From Meiothermus sp. (lineage in GTDB: Bacteria; Deinococcota; Deinococci; Deinococcales; Thermaceae): a DNA stretch of 64,000 nt. Shown here one piece after another: positions 57,014-64,000 of the stretch. Position 1 is the first letter of the stretch. The number at the start of each line of letters is the position of its first letter. Under the pieces are notes generated by a model. That model searched no databases. It was given only the letters and a program-made list of their open reading frames with translations, and had not been told where the DNA came from. The stretch lies in the NCBI GenBank assembly GCA_033762915.1, contig JANRLD010000010.1:18801-82800 (forward strand). The letters are read 5' to 3'. The translations under genes and the position numbers were made by a program.

Positions 57014-57904
57014 TCAGTCCACCGGATACTGCACCTCGGTGCGGAACTCGTTCGGGTCGGCGCAGTCGTCCGAGTCGACGAGGAAGAACTCACGCCCCGA
57101 GTCGGTGAAGCTAAAGCCCTGGGCTCGAGCCCAACTGATGGCCGCTTGGTGGGCCAGGTGCAGCGGCTCGTAGGGGCCAAGGTGCATTACCGAGACCACC
57201 ATCGTGGGGGGAATCTCCCTGACCATGAATGGCTCTTTCACTGCTATGGGTGCCTCGATCAGCCAGCCCACGTCGTTCATGCTCAGGCGCGTCTCGTCCA
57301 TGATGTCGTGGTCTTCGGAGTGCCAGGGGATGTCCAACTCGGTGGCGTTGCACTCCACCGCAAAGCTGACCTTGCAGCCCAGCAGCGAGATCTTCTGGCG
57401 GTCGGCGAAGGCCGCGATCTGTGTAAAGGCTTTGGCCCTCGCTGCCTCGATGCTCCTCATCTCGCTGCGCACCCGCAGCACCAGGGCGTATTGAGCCGGG
57501 AGTCGCTTGACCATCGGCTGGTAGGGGCTGCCGCTGGGGTTGAGGTCGTCGAGGGCCTGAAGGGTGCGTTGGTAGCGGCTGATCTGCTCGCGAATGCGCC
57601 GTTTGTGGCGCTCGATCAGGGTTTGGCCGGTGGTGGGGTCGGGCTCTTGCAGAATCTCGCGCACCTCCTCGAGGGGCAGGTCCAGCGAGCGCAGCACCCG
57701 GATGCGCTCGGCGGCCTCGAGCTGATCCCAACTGTAGTAGCGGTAGCCGGAGTGCGGATCCACGGCGGCGGGGCGCAGCAGCCCCATCTCGTCGTAGAAG
57801 CGTAGGGTCTTGACCGATAGCCGCGAGACCCTCGAGAACCGCCCAATCGGGACGAGCTGACCGCCGATCCTGGCCAGCGCACCTTCCAGGCTAACATCGT
57901 CCAT
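57014..57904 (-). CDS. MerR family regulator with GyrI-like effector domain
   Basis: IGRFSR...VKTLRFYDEMGLL, SGYRYY; HLGPYE...RE C-terminal domain. Confidence 0.9.
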   Translation of the reverse strand: MDDVSLEGALARIGGQLVPIGRFSRVSRLSVKTLRFYDEMGLLRPAAVDPHSGYRYYSWDQLEAAERIRVLRSLDLPLEEVREILQEPDPTTGQTLIERHKRRIREQISRYQRTLQALDDLNPSGSPYQPMVKRLPAQYALVLRVRSEMRSIEAARAKAFTQIAAFADRQKISLLGCKVSFAVECNATELDIPWHSEDHDIMDETRLSMNDVGWLIEAPIAVKEPFMVREIPPTMVVSVMHLGPYEPLHLAHQAAISWARAQGFSFTDSGREFFLVDSDDCADPNEFRTEVQYPVD

Positions 57905-57924
57905 AGCCTCCACCTCCCTGTGCT

Positions 57925-58046
57925 CTGAGTGTCTGCATAGCTGGGATGCGAAATGCCGCCCGGCAACCCGTTGTAATTGCGCCGGTAAGCCACTCGCTGC
58001 CGAGGTCGGGTTGAGGGTTTGGCAATCCCACTATGGCACAACTTAG
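57925..58046. repeat. MITE-like repeat family B copy
   Basis: GCAATCCCACTATGGCACAACTTAG end matches the reverse complement of 8946-8970; other end matches ~60220-60253. Confidence 0.7.
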
Positions 58047-58149
58047 GATGCAGGCTCCTGCTAGGGGAGAGTCAAGGGGCCGCCCCAGCCCGCCGGTGGG
58101 GCGTGCGGCGCTTGTCGAGAAGCCTTTAAACTTAGGCTCGAGGGCCGAC

Positions 58150-58698
58150 ATGACCAACTTTGAGTCCATCCCCACCGGGCGCATGCTCATCCGCCGGCTG
58201 CGCAACGACGACCTGGACACGCTGGTAGCCTACCGGAGCCTGCCCGAGGTGGCCCGGATGCAGATGTGGGACAGCTACGACCACAAGAAGGGCCTCGAGA
58301 TGATCGAGGACTGCCGGGCGCGGGAGCCCTTCACGGCCGGCGACTACTTCCAGTTCGCGGTGGAGCACCAGGCTACCGGCCGGCTGGTCGGCGATCTCTA
58401 CTTCAAGATGGACGATGCGGGCAAGCAGGCCGAGATCGGCTACACCTTCGACCCCGCCTTCCAGGGCCAGGGCCTAGCCAGCGAAGCCGTGCGGGCCCTG
58501 ATCGACTTCGCCTTCAAGGAGCGGGGCCTGCACCGGGTCTACGGCGTCACCGACCCCCGCAATGAGCGCTCCATAGCCCTGATGCGGCGCCTGGGCATGC
58601 GCCAGGAGGCGCACTTCCGCAAGAACCTGTGGTTCAAGGGCGAGTGGGCTGACGACGTGGTCTTCGCGGTGCTGGCGGAGGAGTGGGGGGATGAATGA
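58150..58698 (+). CDS. RimJ/RimL-type GNAT acetyltransferase
   Basis: EIGY, FQGQGLASEA, NERSIALMRRLGM. Confidence 0.9.
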   Translation: MTNFESIPTGRMLIRRLRNDDLDTLVAYRSLPEVARMQMWDSYDHKKGLEMIEDCRAREPFTAGDYFQFAVEHQATGRLVGDLYFKMDDAGKQAEIGYTFDPAFQGQGLASEAVRALIDFAFKERGLHRVYGVTDPRNERSIALMRRLGMRQEAHFRKNLWFKGEWADDVVFAVLAEEWGDE

Positions 58699-59992
58699 GG
58701 TGCTGACCTGGTCGGCCTCGAGGATGGCGGCGGCTGTCGGGGCCGGGGAGATCTCTTCGGAGAAGCTGGTTCGGATTCACCTGGAGCGCGTCGCCGAGGT
58801 CAACCCCACGATCAACGCGGTGTTCAGGCTGAACGGCGGGGCCCTGGACGCCGCGAGGAGGACGGACCAGGCGCTGGCTCGAGGCGAAACGCTGGGCCCG
58901 CTGCACGGCGTTCCGTTCACGGTTAAGGACTGGATTGACGTGGCGGGCCTGCCCTGCGCGGGCGCGGACCTGCGCCACCTGGACCGCCTCCCCACGGAGG
59001 ACGCGACCGCAGTGGCCCGGCTGCGCCAGGCCGGCGGAATCGTGCTGGGCAAGACCAGCGTGCTCGACCACAGCGAGGCCTACGGAACGGTGCGCAGCCC
59101 CCACAACCCCCTGTACAGCCCCACCGGCAGCAGCAGCGGCGAAGCCGCCCTGATCGCCGCCGGCGGCTCGCCCCTGGGCTTGGGCTCGGATTCCGGCGGC
59201 AGCATCCGCCAACCCGCCCACGTTTGCGGCATCGCGGGGCTAAAGCCCTCGACCGGACGCGTTCCACTCACCGGCCATTTCCCCCCGATTATCCCCCTTA
59301 ACGACCCCCGTACCGTGATTGGCCCGATGAGCCGCCGGGTGGAAGATCTGGCCCTGACCCTGCCCCTCCTGGCGGGCGCGGACTGGCGCGACGCCAGCGC
59401 GATAGACATGCCGCTGGGCGATCCGGGGGCGGCGGACTTGGGCAAACTGCGGGTGGCCTTTTACACCCGGCACGAGCGAGCCAACCCGACCGGCGAGACC
59501 GTCGAAACCGTGCACCGGGCAGCTCGAGCCTTATCCGAAGTGTGCGCGGCGGTGGAGGAAAAGCTTCCGCCAAGACTCGAGGAGGTCTACCCCATCACCT
59601 GGGATTACTGGTCGCGCGCAGAGTCGAGCGAGCTGGACGATTGGAGGCCCCAGGGCGAAAGCAAGCTGGACGGCAACGCGGTGGCCCGGCACCTCTTTGA
59701 GTGGGACCGGTTCCGGCGCTCAATGCTGGGGTTCATTAGGGAATGGGACGTAATCCTCACCCCGGCCGCCGAACTCCCTGCACGGCCCCACGGCACCCAG
59801 GGCTCTATCGCCTACACGTTGGCGTACAGCCTCACGGGGTATCCCTGTGGGGTGGTGCGGGTCGGGACCACAGCTGAGGGTTTGCCAATCGGAGTGCAGG
59901 TGGTGGGGCAGCCCTGGCACGACGAGGTGGTGCTGGCGGTGATGGGGTGGCTCGAGGGGCGCTTCGGCGGCTGGCAGGCCCCGCCGTTGTGA
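58691..59992 (+). CDS. Amidase signature family protein
   Basis: GPLHGVPFTVKD, GSSSG, GSDSGGSIR. Confidence 0.92.
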   Translation: MNEVLTWSASRMAAAVGAGEISSEKLVRIHLERVAEVNPTINAVFRLNGGALDAARRTDQALARGETLGPLHGVPFTVKDWIDVAGLPCAGADLRHLDRLPTEDATAVARLRQAGGIVLGKTSVLDHSEAYGTVRSPHNPLYSPTGSSSGEAALIAAGGSPLGLGSDSGGSIRQPAHVCGIAGLKPSTGRVPLTGHFPPIIPLNDPRTVIGPMSRRVEDLALTLPLLAGADWRDASAIDMPLGDPGAADLGKLRVAFYTRHERANPTGETVETVHRAARALSEVCAAVEEKLPPRLEEVYPITWDYWSRAESSELDDWRPQGESKLDGNAVARHLFEWDRFRRSMLGFIREWDVILTPAAELPARPHGTQGSIAYTLAYSLTGYPCGVVRVGTTAEGLPIGVQVVGQPWHDEVVLAVMGWLEGRFGGWQAPPL

Positions 59993-60095
59993 CCGCCGCC
60001 CCCGACCCCTCCCGCGCTGCCATGTCCATGCGTGCGGGGGTGGGGAACCGCTGAACAGGTTGGGTGAGGTAGCCGCTTGCCACCAACGAGGGGCC

Positions 60096-60253
60096 TTAAG
60101 TTGCGCCAGGGTGAACGTGCAGCATCAGCGGATAGGGTAAACACGTGCCAGGGCCGAGTGGCGTGCGCCATAGCCGTGGAGCGGCTACGCGAGGCGCAAT
60201 TCTCTGCGGGAACTGGCGGGCGACATTTCGCATTCCAACTATGCAGCCACTTT
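60096..60253. repeat. MITE-like repeat family B copy
   Basis: TTAAGTTGCGCC end; interior matches 14219-14301 in reverse complement. Confidence 0.72.
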
Positions 60254-60325
60254 GGGCTTGCCCTGTTCCCAGGTCCCGGTTGGGGTTTTTCTGTCCCCTT
60301 TCCTCGCCTTTTGTCGCCGCTGCCC

Positions 60326-63733
<3,408 letters not shown>

Positions 63734-64000
63734 TCAGCGGTTATAGCAAAAACGCCGCGACAATTACAAGAACTTGGATCCGGACCGGTCGGTGGTGCTC
63801 CTGGGCTCAGCGGGACCCGGCCTGCCGCTTGCGAAGCCGGAAGCGGTTGCGCCAGTCCTCGACGAACCCGCGCTCTTGCAGCCGATCCTCCCCACCCACG
63901 TCCAGGCCTGCCGCGAGCCTGAGGGTGTTGGGTGGGCAGACACACACGCAGGCCTGGCACTGGATGCACTCGGTGGAAAGCACCCTTCGCCCGGCCTTGA

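Noticed and set aside
6222..60052. CGGTTCCCAC / GTGGGAACCG motifs as type I-E CRISPR repeats
   Set aside because: They occur as dispersed inverted pairs, not regularly spaced direct repeats with spacers, and there are no cas genes.
8946..60253. Family B repeats as integron attC sites
   Set aside because: They lack consistent RYYYAAC...GTTRRRY ends, are not co-oriented after each gene, and no IntI is present.

Overview
High-GC bacterial chromosomal window, most likely Deinococcota/Thermaceae (Meiothermus-like). This is an inference from the Thermus-type RecF, many apparently leaderless genes with a TANNNT box just before the start codon, and strong CTCGAG enrichment. The window holds a GntR-linked amino-acid catabolic cluster, a DUF4331-TPR-HupE/UreJ cluster, an S8 lipoprotease, trmK, recF, a nucleoside hydrolase with rbsK, aguA/aguB, and a cobalamin-riboswitch btuFCD-cobC-cobU-cobT-cobS salvage cluster. 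It also holds tRNA-Leu(GAG), rtcB, an accessory mosaic of regulators and hydrolases, and a SWIM-SNF2 helicase. The most notable unannotated signal is a leader peptide with alternative hairpins and a terminator (an apparent ribosome-sensing attenuator) between tRNA-Leu and rtcB. Also notable are several short palindromic or duplicated in-frame insertions in conserved proteins, and two dispersed MITE-like repeat families, one with an inverted internal segment. No integrase, transposase, prophage or CRISPR array was seen. Product calls come from motif recognition by eye, not database searches.
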